Numbered from the stretch's first letter, positions 46,285-56,420 are shown. The stretch: 64,000 nt of DNA from Candidatus Omnitrophota bacterium (GCA_020632555.1 JACKFI010000001.1:1750-65749); one strand, 5' to 3'. The notes: generated by a model not told the origin, from the sequence alone. A program made the numbers and translations.

Positions 46285-46518
46285 TCACATACTCTCAATT
46301 GCTTTCATAATCAAAGGAGCGACTTCTTGTGCTTCAGCCTTGGTCATACGGCCAAGTTTGGCAAAACGCCAATCATTATTTTGATCACGATTTTCCCGAG
46401 AAAGCTGTAATTTTTTTTCACCATTGTTATACGAAAAAACCCCCACCGTCACACGGCTTTCACCAAATTCTTTGGTCACTTTAAAAATTTCTTTGTCGAG
46501 CGTTGCATCGTATGGCAT
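46285..46518 (-). CDS. YdbC/PC4-like small ssDNA-binding protein (tentative)
   Basis: 77 aa. The pattern VGVFSYNNGEKKLQLSRE...W.FAKLGRMTKAEAQEV resembles bacterial PC4/YdbC-family proteins as I remember them. Confidence 0.5.
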   Translation of the reverse strand: MPYDATLDKEIFKVTKEFGESRVTVGVFSYNNGEKKLQLSRENRDQNNDWRFAKLGRMTKAEAQEVAPLIMKAIESM

Positions 46519-46600
46519 ATGAATCCTCCTTATAATGACGGGGTAGTTTAATTAATATAACCCCCGCAGCAAACCGCAGGGCATTATGAAGTGCTCTTAT

Positions 46601-46885
46601 TTACTTTAATCCCGGCATCGCGGCCATCATTTTTTGCGCGGCGACTTGCTGGACTTTCTTTGTTGCGGCATTGAGACTGCGCATCAAATCCGTTTCCAAA
46701 CGCTTTTTGTTCGTCGGCACTAAAAAAGTTTCATCAATATCAATCGCACGGATTTCTTGCGAACCAGTAATCGTAACCTTGATACCTTTGACGTCCGTAA
46801 CCTCTAAAGTCACCGCATCCAACTCTTTTTTGAGCTGTCCGGCCTGTTTTTGCATATCCATCAACTGTTTCATTTTATCAAACAT
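46601..46885 (-). CDS. ybaB: Nucleoid-associated protein YbaB/EbfC
   Basis: 94 aa. MFDKMKQLMDMQKQAGQLKKEL... is a typical YbaB N-terminus. Confidence 0.85.
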   Translation of the reverse strand: MFDKMKQLMDMQKQAGQLKKELDAVTLEVTDVKGIKVTITGSQEIRAIDIDETFLVPTNKKRLETDLMRSLNAATKKVQQVAAQKMMAAMPGLK

Positions 46886-46964
46886 TTAAAATCTCCTCCT
46901 TGAAATGAAAAAATATATTTAAATCTTATACACAATAAATTCACCTTTTGCAAGATTAAAAAAA

Positions 46965-47261
46965 TCAGTATTTTAAGCGTGAGCCGATATCAAATAATGT
47001 CTGCACTAAAAATGAACGCAGGACAAATATTGCTAAAAAAGCCACCAAAGGAGAAAAATCAATGCCCGATACTGGAAGAAAACGACGAATCGGCTCTAAA
47101 ATCGGCTCAGTGACTTGATACAAAAACCGGACAATCGGATTATACGGATCCGGACTAACCCAACTGATCAGCGCGCGCACCAAAATCAGCCAATATAAAG
47201 CCGTCAAAATAATACTGACCAACTGCGCAATCGTGATTACCAAATTACCCAAAACAAACAT
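46965..47261 (-). CDS. yggT: YggT-family membrane protein
   Basis: LILVRALISWVSPDPYNPIVRFLYQVTEPILEPIRR matches the YggT signature. Start at ATG 47261 behind GAAGGGGGG. Confidence 0.75.
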   Translation of the reverse strand: MFVLGNLVITIAQLVSIILTALYWLILVRALISWVSPDPYNPIVRFLYQVTEPILEPIRRFLPVSGIDFSPLVAFLAIFVLRSFLVQTLFDIGSRLKY

Positions 47262-47301
47262 ATTACACAACCCCCCTTCAATCGTTCTTACTGAACTCTC
47301 C

Positions 47302-47895
47302 TTAAAAAATTTTAAACAAATTACCGTCAATAACCCGCTGTTCAACACGGTTCAATAAACGTTTGGTCGAACCAGAAATATCCTTAATCTCGCGAATCAT
47401 ATCATCAATAGCTTTTGACGTTTGCAATAAAGACCCCGCCGCATCCCCAAAAGTCTCGGTTAAATTTTGAACATCCAAAGGATCAATCCCAATGACCGGA
47501 CGCGACAAATCTGTCCGTCGAAATCCCGGCGACGTTGTGATTTCCAAAACCTTCTCCCCCAAAACCCCCTCGGTGATAATGGCAAATTTAACACTCTTAA
47601 ACAGTTGCTTTTGATATTTTGAGTACAAATTCAAAACAACTTCCACATCACGGCCGGCAATTTCTTGATCTAAAAACCCGATGTCCTTGACTGTTCCTAC
47701 CGTGACTCCCGACAATCGCACCGGCGCGCCTATGGTCAATCCCCCCACCTTGCTAAATACAACCGTCATCTGAAACTTCGGTTGAGTTAACCCTTTCTCA
47801 ATACCAATAATAAAAATAACTACTCCAATGCCACCCAAACAAAGAATCAAAAACAAACCCGCTAGAAATTTCTTCACAAAATCATTTTGTTCCAT
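47302..47895 (-). CDS. mlaD: MlaD (MCE-domain) lipid-transport protein
   Basis: N-terminal TM segment plus an MCE domain (GLTIGAPVRLSGVTVGTV). Confidence 0.8.
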   Translation of the reverse strand: MEQNDFVKKFLAGLFLILCLGGIGVVIFIIGIEKGLTQPKFQMTVVFSKVGGLTIGAPVRLSGVTVGTVKDIGFLDQEIAGRDVEVVLNLYSKYQKQLFKSVKFAIITEGVLGEKVLEITTSPGFRRTDLSRPVIGIDPLDVQNLTETFGDAAGSLLQTSKAIDDMIREIKDISGSTKRLLNRVEQRVIDGNLFKIF

Positions 47896-47912
47896 AAAAA
47901 ACCCCTCGCACG

Positions 47913-48629
47913 TTAATTAAAGAACTCTTGTAAATAGGCATCCTGCGACGAACGCAACTGATCCGGCGTTCCTTGCGCGACAATTGTCCCTTGACGAATC
48001 AACACAATCCGATCCGCAATACGCAATGAATTAACAATATCATGCGACGCAATAACGGTCGTACACTTTAACTTGCGGGCAATCGTATGAATCAAATCCA
48101 TAATACTACGACTTTTGATCGGATCAAGACCTGAAGTCGGTTCGTCACAAAACAAAATCCGCGAATCCATGATCACCGCTCGCGCCAAAGCCGCCCGTTT
48201 TTGCATCCCCCCGCTTAATTGTGAAGGGAACTTGCCTTCCGCTGCATCTAAACCAACCAACTTCAAGATATCCTGAACTTTCGTCATCACCGCATTACGT
48301 TTCATACGCGTATGTTCCCGTAAAGGAAAAGCCACATTTTCAAAAACGGTCATAAAATCATACAAGGCGCCGCCTTGAAAAAGATATCCCATATCTTTAC
48401 GAACTTTTAAGAGTTTCTGCTCTGACAATCGGCTAATATCCTGGTCCGCGATCACCACACTGCCGCTATCGGGTCTTAAAAGTCCAATCATATGTTGCAA
48501 TAAAACGCTTTTGCCTGAACCACTCTCACCGACAATTACCAAAATTTCGCCGGGCTTGATCTCAAAATCAACGCCATGCAAAACCGTCTGACTACCAAAT
48601 GTTTTAAAAAGCTTTTTTACTTTTATCAT
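47913..48629 (-). CDS. mlaF: MlaF ABC-transporter ATPase
   Basis: Walker A GESGSGKS, signature LSGGMQKR, Walker B ILFCDEP. Start at ATG 48629. Confidence 0.85.
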   Translation of the reverse strand: MIKVKKLFKTFGSQTVLHGVDFEIKPGEILVIVGESGSGKSVLLQHMIGLLRPDSGSVVIADQDISRLSEQKLLKVRKDMGYLFQGGALYDFMTVFENVAFPLREHTRMKRNAVMTKVQDILKLVGLDAAEGKFPSQLSGGMQKRAALARAVIMDSRILFCDEPTSGLDPIKSRSIMDLIHTIARKLKCTTVIASHDIVNSLRIADRIVLIRQGTIVAQGTPDQLRSSQDAYLQEFFN

Positions 48630-48969
48630 CTGAGGACTTGGTTTCAAAAACACGAAATTTATTTTTGCCGAACTTAGTATAAATCCGTTCGTACGGACGC
48701 ACATCCACCGTCTGTAAATAAAAAGCAATGCCGCGATATTTGCCCAAAGGCAAAACTTCCGGATCCGTCAAAATATCAACAGTATCTCGCGGATACCACA
48801 GCTCCCCCTCAAACTCAATGGGCTCGCCATTGCGAATCCATTCCGGCTCTGGACTGACAATGCCATAAAGCATCGTGCTTTTATTTTGACCAGATAAAGA
48901 AAAGCATCCACTATTTAAAGAAACCAAAACCATCATCATTGCCATTGCCCATAAGAAATTTTTCACCAC
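48604..48969 (-). CDS. Small lipoprotein inserted between mlaE and mlaF
   Basis: Signal peptide with lipobox LNSGC. No recognised domain. Its 3' end overlaps the mlaF start by 26 nt. Confidence 0.45.
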   Translation of the reverse strand: MVKNFLWAMAMMMVLVSLNSGCFSLSGQNKSTMLYGIVSPEPEWIRNGEPIEFEGELWYPRDTVDILTDPEVLPLGKYRGIAFYLQTVDVRPYERIYTKFGKNKFRVFETKSSDDKSKKAF

Positions 48970-48988
48970 TGACCCTCCTTCAAGAATT

Positions 48989-49759
48989 TTATCCCCACAA
49001 CGCTAAAATGATTTTTGTTAAAACCACGTTAGTAACAACCACCAAAATATACGACAATGCCACCGCCTTGGTGGTGTATTGACCAACTCCCAGCGAACCG
49101 CCGCTGGTTTTAAATCCCTGATAACACGCAATCCACGCGATCAATAAAGCAAAAAAGAATGTTTTCGCAAAACCGCTAAAGAAATCCACAAACCCAACCG
49201 CATAAATCGTTTGATGAACATACGTCGAACTGGGAATACCCGCGTTGTACACACCAATCAAATAGCCGCCCCACACCCCGAGAATTTCTGAAAAAACCAC
49301 CAACCCCGGCAAAACCAATAAAGATGCCAGAATACGAGGCACAACCAGAAATTCCATCGGGTCCACGCCCATGGCCCGTGTGGCCGTGATTTGGTCATTG
49401 ACTTTCATCGTACCCAATTCCGCAGCAATGCGGGCGCCAACTTTCCCAGAAAAAATAAACGAACTGAAAACCGGACTCAATTCCCGAACCAAAGACAAAA
49501 CCACCAATTGCGCCACCGCTTCTTTGGCCCCAAAACGACTGAGCATCACATAACTTTGTAACGCTAGCACCGCGCCGGTGGCCATCGAAGTTAAAGCAAT
49601 AATCACAATCGATTGAACACCTTGAATATAAACCTGTTTAAAGACTTCACTCCAACGAATTTTGCCTCTGAGCACAACTCCGACAGCATCCAATAAAAAG
49701 AATAAGGCTTCTCCTGCCGATGCCACCAGTCCTATTACATAATTAAAAAGAAAGTTCAT
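48989..49759 (-). CDS. mlaE: MlaE ABC-transporter permease
   Basis: 256 aa with MlaE-type TM layout and conserved regions (LVRELSPV, GTMKVNDQI.A). Confidence 0.85.
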   Translation of the reverse strand: MNFLFNYVIGLVASAGEALFFLLDAVGVVLRGKIRWSEVFKQVYIQGVQSIVIIALTSMATGAVLALQSYVMLSRFGAKEAVAQLVVLSLVRELSPVFSSFIFSGKVGARIAAELGTMKVNDQITATRAMGVDPMEFLVVPRILASLLVLPGLVVFSEILGVWGGYLIGVYNAGIPSSTYVHQTIYAVGFVDFFSGFAKTFFFALLIAWIACYQGFKTSGGSLGVGQYTTKAVALSYILVVVTNVVLTKIILALWG

Positions 49760-50274
49760 TGGACTCTTTTTTTATGACCTTTAAGCCAGAATTCACTCAA
49801 TTCTGAAGTGATCTTCTGTTCCACAACACTGGAGATTTCTTTCTTTTCTGTTTGAACTCTTTTGAGTTTTCGGGCTAAATCCGCCTGCCGACGACGAGAA
49901 CCACGCCCTTCCAAAAACTCGCGTGTCCCCATAATCACCGCGCCTAAGGCACGCACAAAACAACGAATTTCTTTATCATCTGTGACCACAACAATACTTT
50001 TGGGTGTCGCAGAATCTTCGACACAACGCTTGATCCAATCATCGGCGGTTTCAAAACTGGTGTAAACAATATCAATGCCCGCAGAATAATGCTCTCGAGT
50101 TTCACCCATTTGGCCATCAAAAACAACTGTCACCCGATTGCTGCAACTGCCCTGCAATTGACGGGTCACAATCAACCTGAGCAAGGCCAATCGACCAGCT
50201 TCAAGCTTCAAAACAGCCAAATGCGCGTCTTGCTTTACCAGATTATAACCGTCCAAGACAAAATGCAATGACAT
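49756..50274 (-). CDS. NYN-domain protein (YacP/Rae1-like RNase)
   Basis: LDGYNLV...VVFDG...VYTS...ADD.I pattern typical of YacP-like NYN domains. Confidence 0.7.
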   Translation of the reverse strand: MSLHFVLDGYNLVKQDAHLAVLKLEAGRLALLRLIVTRQLQGSCSNRVTVVFDGQMGETREHYSAGIDIVYTSFETADDWIKRCVEDSATPKSIVVVTDDKEIRCFVRALGAVIMGTREFLEGRGSRRRQADLARKLKRVQTEKKEISSVVEQKITSELSEFWLKGHKKRVQ

Positions 50275-50317
50275 TAGCTGAATTCTCTAAAAGGTTATGA
50301 GCGTAGCGGTTTGGTCT

Positions 50318-51259
50318 CTATGAAATATCTTTTTTGGGTTGTGTTAAGAGAAAATAGATGCCGCCTAAAAGGCCAATCAAAACCATAAACAAAAAATTGA
50401 TTAAACTGATGCTGACAGCCACGCCGGAGGCTACGCCAACTTTTCCCAAGAAATAAGCTGCGCCTGCTTCCCGCACACCCAAGCCGCCAATAGAAGGAAC
50501 TGTAGATAAAACACAAATCAGTGGGATAAAAATGATGAAGTAAATCAGAGATACACTTTGATGAAACGAGCAACTCACCAGAAAAAATGTTACCGCTAAA
50601 AGAACTTGCGACAAAATCGACAAACCAATGGCTTGATAAATCGCGCTTTTTCGACCCTTTAATAAAGCGATATCATAATGCATGCGCATCAAACTGTCTT
50701 TGAATTTTGGGAAACGACCAAAAATCTGGCAACAAAAAGAATACGCGGTTTGATTAAAAAGCACCATGCCAATGCCCGTCGACACAACCGCCATCGCGAC
50801 AATCGCCAGTGCGATAGAAGCATCCGCGATCAAACGAAAACCAAAAATAAAAGAAACTGTCGCCACCACCACCATTCCGGCAAAACCACTCAAACGATCA
50901 ACCAAAACCGAAGCCACAACCTTGGGTTTATCCTGCGAACCATGACAAAGCCCGACAATCTTAATCACGTCGCCGCCAATAGCACTGGGCATAAACAAAT
51001 TTCCAAAAAGCCCGATCAGATAATACCTTGCCGCTGTTCCAAACCCAACTTTCAAATCCAACGCTTTGATAAAAACAAACCACCGGCTAATCAAAACAAA
51101 ATTAATGACCATAAACAAAACCAAAGCATAGAAAATATAGACCAAATCCGCCGACTTAACAACATTAGCTGTTTTAACAAAATCGATTTTCGTCGACAGC
51201 CACCAAAGCAATACCGCGCTTAAACCAACCCGGACAAGATTATTTAAAATATTTTTCAT
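50318..51259 (-). CDS. UPF0104 / lysyl-PG-synthase-TM-like (flippase-like) membrane protein
   Basis: About 8 TM segments, with P.IGGLGVREA near the C-terminus as in this family. Confidence 0.65.
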   Translation of the reverse strand: MKNILNNLVRVGLSAVLLWWLSTKIDFVKTANVVKSADLVYIFYALVLFMVINFVLISRWFVFIKALDLKVGFGTAARYYLIGLFGNLFMPSAIGGDVIKIVGLCHGSQDKPKVVASVLVDRLSGFAGMVVVATVSFIFGFRLIADASIALAIVAMAVVSTGIGMVLFNQTAYSFCCQIFGRFPKFKDSLMRMHYDIALLKGRKSAIYQAIGLSILSQVLLAVTFFLVSCSFHQSVSLIYFIIFIPLICVLSTVPSIGGLGVREAGAAYFLGKVGVASGVAVSISLINFLFMVLIGLLGGIYFLLTQPKKDIS

Positions 51260-51274
51260 AAAAGATCGGTTCGC

Positions 51275-52201
51275 CTATGCTGATTTTTGTGTCAAAGCTT
51301 GCATGCAACCCTGATAACCTTCTTCGGCAATAAAAGAACTGCGCACCAAAGGCCCAGACATCACATGTTTAAACCCTAAAGAATATCCCAAGTCTTCATA
51401 TTCCTTGAATCTTTCCGGCGTAACAAATTCCAAAACCGGCAAATGGCGTTTTAATTGCGTCGGCGCCAAATACTGGCCAATGGTTAAAATATCACAATCC
51501 ACCGCCCGCAAATCCATCATGGCTGTTTTCATTTCATCCATTGTTTCACCCAAGCCAACCATCAAGCTGGATTTGGTGAAAATGCTTGCGTCCAAATCTT
51601 TGAAATTTTTCAAAACCGCCAAAGAGCGATCATATTCCGCACGTGAACGAATCACCGGCGACAAACGCCGCACGGTTTCAATATTATGGCTGATCACTTG
51701 CGGTTTGGCATCAACAACAATTTGTAAAAGTTCCCGTCGATTCGAAAAGTCTGGCACGAGAACTTCCACCTTGGTTTGCGGCATCCATTGACCAATCGCA
51801 CGGATTGTATCCGCAAACTGTCCTGCCCCCTGGTCTTTCAAATCATCCCGCGCCACCGAGGTCACCACCACATAACGCAAAGCCAATTCTTTGACAGCTT
51901 GCGCCACATTTTGAGGTTCGGCGACGTCCAACTGTGTCGGACGCCCCGCATCAATCGCGCAAAAGCGACACGCCCGCGTACAAATGTCACCCAAAATCAT
52001 AAACGTCGCCACTCCTTGTCCCCAACATTTTCCGGTATTGGGACAATGCGCGCTTTCACAAACCGTATGCAAACGGCTGCCGCGAAAAAGTTGCTTCATC
52101 GCTTGAATACGATGCGCATCGGGAATATCTTGCCTTAACCACGAAGGCAAACGAGAAACTTTGACAAGAACAGGTAATGGGTTTTGGAGAGGAACAGTCA
52201 T
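51275..52201 (-). CDS. lipA: Lipoyl synthase
   Basis: Both Cys clusters are present: CESAHCPN...C and radical-SAM CTRACRFC. Confidence 0.9.
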   Translation of the reverse strand: MTVPLQNPLPVLVKVSRLPSWLRQDIPDAHRIQAMKQLFRGSRLHTVCESAHCPNTGKCWGQGVATFMILGDICTRACRFCAIDAGRPTQLDVAEPQNVAQAVKELALRYVVVTSVARDDLKDQGAGQFADTIRAIGQWMPQTKVEVLVPDFSNRRELLQIVVDAKPQVISHNIETVRRLSPVIRSRAEYDRSLAVLKNFKDLDASIFTKSSLMVGLGETMDEMKTAMMDLRAVDCDILTIGQYLAPTQLKRHLPVLEFVTPERFKEYEDLGYSLGFKHVMSGPLVRSSFIAEEGYQGCMQALTQKSA

Positions 52202-52204
52202 CTT

Positions 52205-52735
52205 TTATTTACTCAATTTCTTAATTTCGCTCAATTTTTTTCGCAATAAAGCTTTTTCTGCCAAAGTCGCATAATCGACAATTAATTTACCGTGCAAATG
52301 ATCATACTCATGCAAAAAAACCCGCGCTAATAATTCCGTCATGGAACGTTCAACCCTTCGATTGTTTTCATCAATATATTGAACAATAATATCTTTAGGA
52401 CGGCGCACATTCACATGAACCCCAGGAATACTCAAACAACCTTCTTCCATCTTGCCGCTACCGCTTTTCTTTAAAATTTTTGGATTGATGATCGCCAATG
52501 GGCCATCCCCGCTATCCGCCACAAAAATCTGTTGACTAATGCCCACCTGCGGAGCTGCTAAACCAACCCCTTTATGCTCATACATCGTCGCCAAAAGCGA
52601 TTTAATCAAAATGCGCTCACCCGGACCAACACTGGCAACAGACGCGGCTTTTTTTCTTAAAACCGGATCACCATATAATCGAATAGTTAATTGGGGAATC
52701 ATAATGTCGATAGGATGAAAAACCGAAGAACTCAA
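52205..52735 (-). CDS. def: Peptide deformylase
   Basis: GVGLAAPQ, EGCLS and HEYDH motifs. Confidence 0.92.
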   Translation of the reverse strand: MSSSVFHPIDIMIPQLTIRLYGDPVLRKKAASVASVGPGERILIKSLLATMYEHKGVGLAAPQVGISQQIFVADSGDGPLAIINPKILKKSGSGKMEEGCLSIPGVHVNVRRPKDIIVQYIDENNRRVERSMTELLARVFLHEYDHLHGKLIVDYATLAEKALLRKKLSEIKKLSK

Positions 52736-52759
52736 TCAAAAAGATACGCGCTGATAAAA

Positions 52760-53110
52760 TCACCGGCGGACATGATTCTTTTCATCCAAATAAACAACTT
52801 TTGTTTTAGCCTGTTTAGCTTCTTGTTGATCCAACAAAGCATAACTTAAAATAATCAGCTTATCTCCCACAAATCCCATCCGCGCCGCGGGGCCGTTTAA
52901 ACACACCTGTCCGGAACCTGCTTGGCCGGCAATCACATAGGTTTCTAAGCGACTGCCATTGTTCACGTTGAGCACTTCAACTTTTTCGCCGGGAATCAAA
53001 TCTACCGCCTGCAAGAGCGTCTCATCAATGGTGATGCTGCCTTCATAATACAATTCGGACTGAGTGATGATGGCGTGCGCGATTTTTGATTTACAAAAAG
53101 TGATTAACAT
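52760..53110 (-). CDS. panD: Aspartate 1-decarboxylase
   Basis: 116 aa with the self-processing site YEGSITID. Confidence 0.9.
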   Translation of the reverse strand: MLITFCKSKIAHAIITQSELYYEGSITIDETLLQAVDLIPGEKVEVLNVNNGSRLETYVIAGQAGSGQVCLNGPAARMGFVGDKLIILSYALLDQQEAKQAKTKVVYLDEKNHVRR

Positions 53111-53124
53111 GGTTCTTCCTGAAT

Positions 53125-53448
53125 TTACCCTAAACTCGGCTGTATTTTTGCCAAAAGTTGAGCTTTGCCCATTGCACCAACAAACTGGTCAACAGCTTCG
53201 CCGTTTTTAAAAACCATTAAGGTTGGAATTGACATAATATTATGTGTTGCGGCTAATTCACTGGCCTCGTCGACATTGACTTTGACAACTTTGAGTTTGC
53301 CGTTTAAATCCGCAGCTAATTCATCTACTATCGGACTCAATTGCTTGCAAGGACCGCACCACTCTGCCCAAAAATCCACTAAAACTGGTACCGTTGCTTT
53401 TAAAACTTCTTCTTCAAAATTCTGATCATTCACAGTAACAACAGACAT
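53125..53448 (-). CDS. trxA: Thioredoxin
   Basis: 107 aa with the WCGPC active site. Confidence 0.92.
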   Translation of the reverse strand: MSVVTVNDQNFEEEVLKATVPVLVDFWAEWCGPCKQLSPIVDELAADLNGKLKVVKVNVDEASELAATHNIMSIPTLMVFKNGEAVDQFVGAMGKAQLLAKIQPSLG

Positions 53449-53531
53449 ATGGCACTCCTTTTCTTAAAACGAAACTCTTTGAGACTCAAAAACTTAAACT
53501 GTCAACATCACCTTGACCAACGAAGTGCTTT

Positions 53532-53559
53532 ATTATAACGATACGCGAAAATCTTTCAA
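53532..53559 (-). promoter_or_regulatory. Candidate sigma70-type promoter upstream of trxA
   Basis: Minus strand TTGAAA, 16 nt, TATAAT, about 80 nt upstream of the trxA start. The -35 hexamer overlaps the radC stop. Confidence 0.4.
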
Positions 53560-54257
53560 GCAGAATTTACCGGCGGTTGGTCTTGATCAGCGAAGCTATA
53601 ATAGCGATTATCTCCAATAATCAAATGATCCAGAAATTTGATTCCTAAAACTTTGCTGGCTTGCGCTAAATCTTTGGTAAACTGTCGATCTTGCGGGCTG
53701 GGGCTCACTTCCCCGGAAGGATGATTGTGCACGCAAATCAGCGAAACCGCAAAAAGCGCCAAGGCTTTGTGACAAATTTCGCGAATAAACGGACTGGCGC
53801 AATTGACCGTCCCTTGGGCAATATCAGTGATTTCGATAATCCGATTCTGCGAATCAAGAAACACTGCTTTAAAGATTTCAATTTTTAAATCCCGCATCTG
53901 CGGCAATAGCATTTCGGCAATTTCCCTAGAGGACTTGATTTGCGTCACAACAGCGCGCATTTCATCTTCCCGAAATCGACGCCCAATCTCGAGCGCGGCA
54001 CGAATCTGCGCAATCTTAGCCGGACCCAAACCTCGTAAGGTTTTCCAATCTGAACTCGCGGCATAACTCATGTTACGAAAAGTTTTAAACTTATCCATCA
54101 CATTGCGAGCCAGATCCAAAGCACTTTGCCCGCGCGTACCGGTACTCAATAAAATGGCTAAAAGTTCTGAATTAGAAAGCTGTTGTTCCCCACAACGCAA
54201 AAGCTTCTCGCGTGGTCGGTCAGCCAGCGGCCAAAGACGGATTGGATTATTAGACAA
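53556..54257 (-). CDS. radC: RadC-family JAB/MPN-domain protein
   Basis: HhH-like N-terminal region and JAMM motif HNHPSG. Confidence 0.85.
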   Translation of the reverse strand: MSNNPIRLWPLADRPREKLLRCGEQQLSNSELLAILLSTGTRGQSALDLARNVMDKFKTFRNMSYAASSDWKTLRGLGPAKIAQIRAALEIGRRFREDEMRAVVTQIKSSREIAEMLLPQMRDLKIEIFKAVFLDSQNRIIEITDIAQGTVNCASPFIREICHKALALFAVSLICVHNHPSGEVSPSPQDRQFTKDLAQASKVLGIKFLDHLIIGDNRYYSFADQDQPPVNSA

Positions 54258-54371
54258 AGGGTAATCTTTTCGTGGGGGTAAATTAAAAAGCGTGTGGGAA
54301 GTCGTGAACCATTTTACCTAAAAAAATACTTTTCACAACTCAAATATTCTTCCGCCAATGTTTATTAAAGA

Positions 54372-54680
54372 CTAATTGAGTGATAAAGTTTTTTTCCTAT
54401 TATTTTTATAAACAAAACCCACCTGCAAATCTGCACCGCAAGCAACAGCAATTTTTCGCAACAAAGTCAAACTGTATCCCTGATAATTATTGCTTTCATA
54501 TCGAGATACGGCCGATTTTGTCGTGTGAATCCTTTTTGCTAATTCCGCTTGTGTTAAGTGTGCTTTATGGCGCAACTGTGCAATCTTCTCAGAAATAATA
54601 AGATTCTTATACTCTTGTTCAAAATCTTCTTTGAAATTCTTATCCGCAAGCAATTTATCCGCATAAGTCTTCTTACGCAT
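54372..54680 (-). CDS. XRE-family HTH antitoxin (HigA-like)
   Basis: HTH LTQAELAKRIHTTKSAVSRYE. Start at ATG 54680 behind AAGGAGG, overlapping the upstream toxin-like ORF by 8 nt. Confidence 0.75.
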   Translation of the reverse strand: MRKKTYADKLLADKNFKEDFEQEYKNLIISEKIAQLRHKAHLTQAELAKRIHTTKSAVSRYESNNYQGYSLTLLRKIAVACGADLQVGFVYKNNRKKTLSLN

Positions 54681-55074
54681 AGTATCGGCCTCCTTTGACA
54701 CGAGATTCATAATCTTTTTTTAGAGTGACCGCTCTAACTAATTCTTTAGGATTGACCTTCTGACTTTTCTTTCGATAAGCATTTGTTAAAACAATTTTCT
54801 TCCCTTCATAGAAGAAATTAAAAAACCGGTGTGCCATCGGCTTAAACTCATAAATCTTTTCATTCTTATCAACAATGCGAAACTTACCTTCGTCAAATAA
54901 TCGTCCTTCTTCAGCAATATACTTAACCAAAGCCAACAATTTGATTTTGACCTGACGGTCCACAGCGTCAAAATACTCTTTAGCGGGCAGCTCCCCTTTT
55001 TCATTAAAATAAAATTCAACCTGATACTTCTGTCCCTTATAAAAAATATACTCTGATGGCTTTAAATGCATCAT
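54673..55074 (-). CDS. Gp49/DUF891-type RelE/HigB-like toxin
   Basis: 133 aa. The pattern ...ELPAKEYFD...IYEFK...R.F.F...KKIVLTNAYRKKSQK is typical of phage Gp49-like HigB toxins. Toxin-first order with an XRE partner. Confidence 0.7.
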   Translation of the reverse strand: MMHLKPSEYIFYKGQKYQVEFYFNEKGELPAKEYFDAVDRQVKIKLLALVKYIAEEGRLFDEGKFRIVDKNEKIYEFKPMAHRFFNFFYEGKKIVLTNAYRKKSQKVNPKELVRAVTLKKDYESRVKGGRYYA

Positions 55075-55103
55075 ATTAGCTCACTTCAAAGTTAGCATAT
55101 ATG

Positions 55104-56354
55104 CTAACCTGCGTCAATTCCATTTCCAGTTATATTTTTCCGCCATTGTTTTCCGCCCAGAACACGGGCAACCAACATGCTGGCGACATTGTCCCCGACC
55201 GCATTGACCATCGTTGCTGGAGGGTCAACAATGGTGCCGACCATCGCCAACACCGGCAAAGCCTCAATGGGAAAGCCATACAAAGTCACAATCAATAATT
55301 CCCCAATAAAACCGCCGCCGGGAATGCCGCTCATCACCGTCCCGCTTAAAAGCGCGATGCCCATCGCGGTTAAAATAACACCCGGCGAAGAAAAATCCAT
55401 ATGAAAAATCCCAAACAAAAGGCTGATTTTAACAATCGCTGCCAAACATGATCCTTCCATATGAATCGTGGCCCCCAGCGGAATCACCACTTCACTAATG
55501 TCTTGCGGGACACCGTTTTTATTGGCCGCCTCCAAATTCACCGGAATGGTCGCGACACTACTACCCGTCGCCCACGCGGTCAAAGACGTTGAAATCATAT
55601 TTTGCCAAAAAGTTTTAACAGCTTTTAACCCGCCGGCAAAGAAAACGTAAAAGCTAAACGCGAAAATAAAATACAAAAACGCTACCGGATAGTACAGCAG
55701 TGCTACCCGAAGATATGATCCCATTAGTTGCGGACCAAAGACGCCAACCAAATACGCGAAATACGCGCCAAGCCCGACGGGCGCGTAAAACATAATCAAT
55801 TTGATCACCTTGGTCATCACCACATTGCCCGACACCAAGAACTTCGCAAAAGGCCGGCCGCCTTCACCAGCAAACAAAGTGGCCAATCCCATCAACGCAG
55901 AAAAAAGAATCAACGCCAGCATGTTCTTCTTTGAAAAGATTTCGACAAAATCTGTCACCGTCACCGCCTTAACAATTTGCTGAGCCAAACTATAAGACTC
56001 AACTGTCAGCGGTGCGGGCAAAGCAATATTGATCCCTTGTGCCAAAGGAAATATTTTAACTGCGACAATCATCACCACGGCCGCGATCATGCCTGTCAAA
56101 ACAAAAATCAGCATCATCGTCCCGAGGATTTTTGCTAAACGCTTGGCGTCCTGCATCCCAGCAATGGCAGAGGATATTGAAAAGAATACCAAGGGAACAA
56201 CTGCGGTAAAAAGCAAATTGAGAAAAATGTCACCCAACGGTTTAAACATCACCGCGTCCTGCTTAAAAAGCATTCCTGAAAAAGAACCAAAAAGAATTGA
56301 AACGAATAAGATCAGCGAGAAACCGTAATTTTTTAAGAACTTATTACTCTGCAT
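55104..56354 (-). CDS. Dicarboxylate/amino acid:cation symporter (DAACS family)
   Basis: Polytopic protein with family-like reentrant-loop regions (TGSSVATIPV, PLGATIHMEGS). The track start is TTG; ATG at 56354. Confidence 0.8.
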   Translation of the reverse strand: MQSNKFLKNYGFSLILFVSILFGSFSGMLFKQDAVMFKPLGDIFLNLLFTAVVPLVFFSISSAIAGMQDAKRLAKILGTMMLIFVLTGMIAAVVMIVAVKIFPLAQGINIALPAPLTVESYSLAQQIVKAVTVTDFVEIFSKKNMLALILFSALMGLATLFAGEGGRPFAKFLVSGNVVMTKVIKLIMFYAPVGLGAYFAYLVGVFGPQLMGSYLRVALLYYPVAFLYFIFAFSFYVFFAGGLKAVKTFWQNMISTSLTAWATGSSVATIPVNLEAANKNGVPQDISEVVIPLGATIHMEGSCLAAIVKISLLFGIFHMDFSSPGVILTAMGIALLSGTVMSGIPGGGFIGELLIVTLYGFPIEALPVLAMVGTIVDPPATMVNAVGDNVASMLVARVLGGKQWRKNITGNGIDAG

Positions 56355-56420
56355 CAACTCCCCTTATGTTAACCATACGTTATTGATCCCCGATAAAAGC
56401 CTTCGAGGATGACAATTTTT

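Noticed and set aside
46058-46285. Possible CRISPR array, given the repeated ~29-nt units
   Set aside because: The repeats are themselves perfect hairpins of two alternating types. The sequences between them are conserved flanks rather than unique 30-40 nt spacers. One unit is truncated, and there are no cas genes in the window. A REP/BIME-like array fits better.
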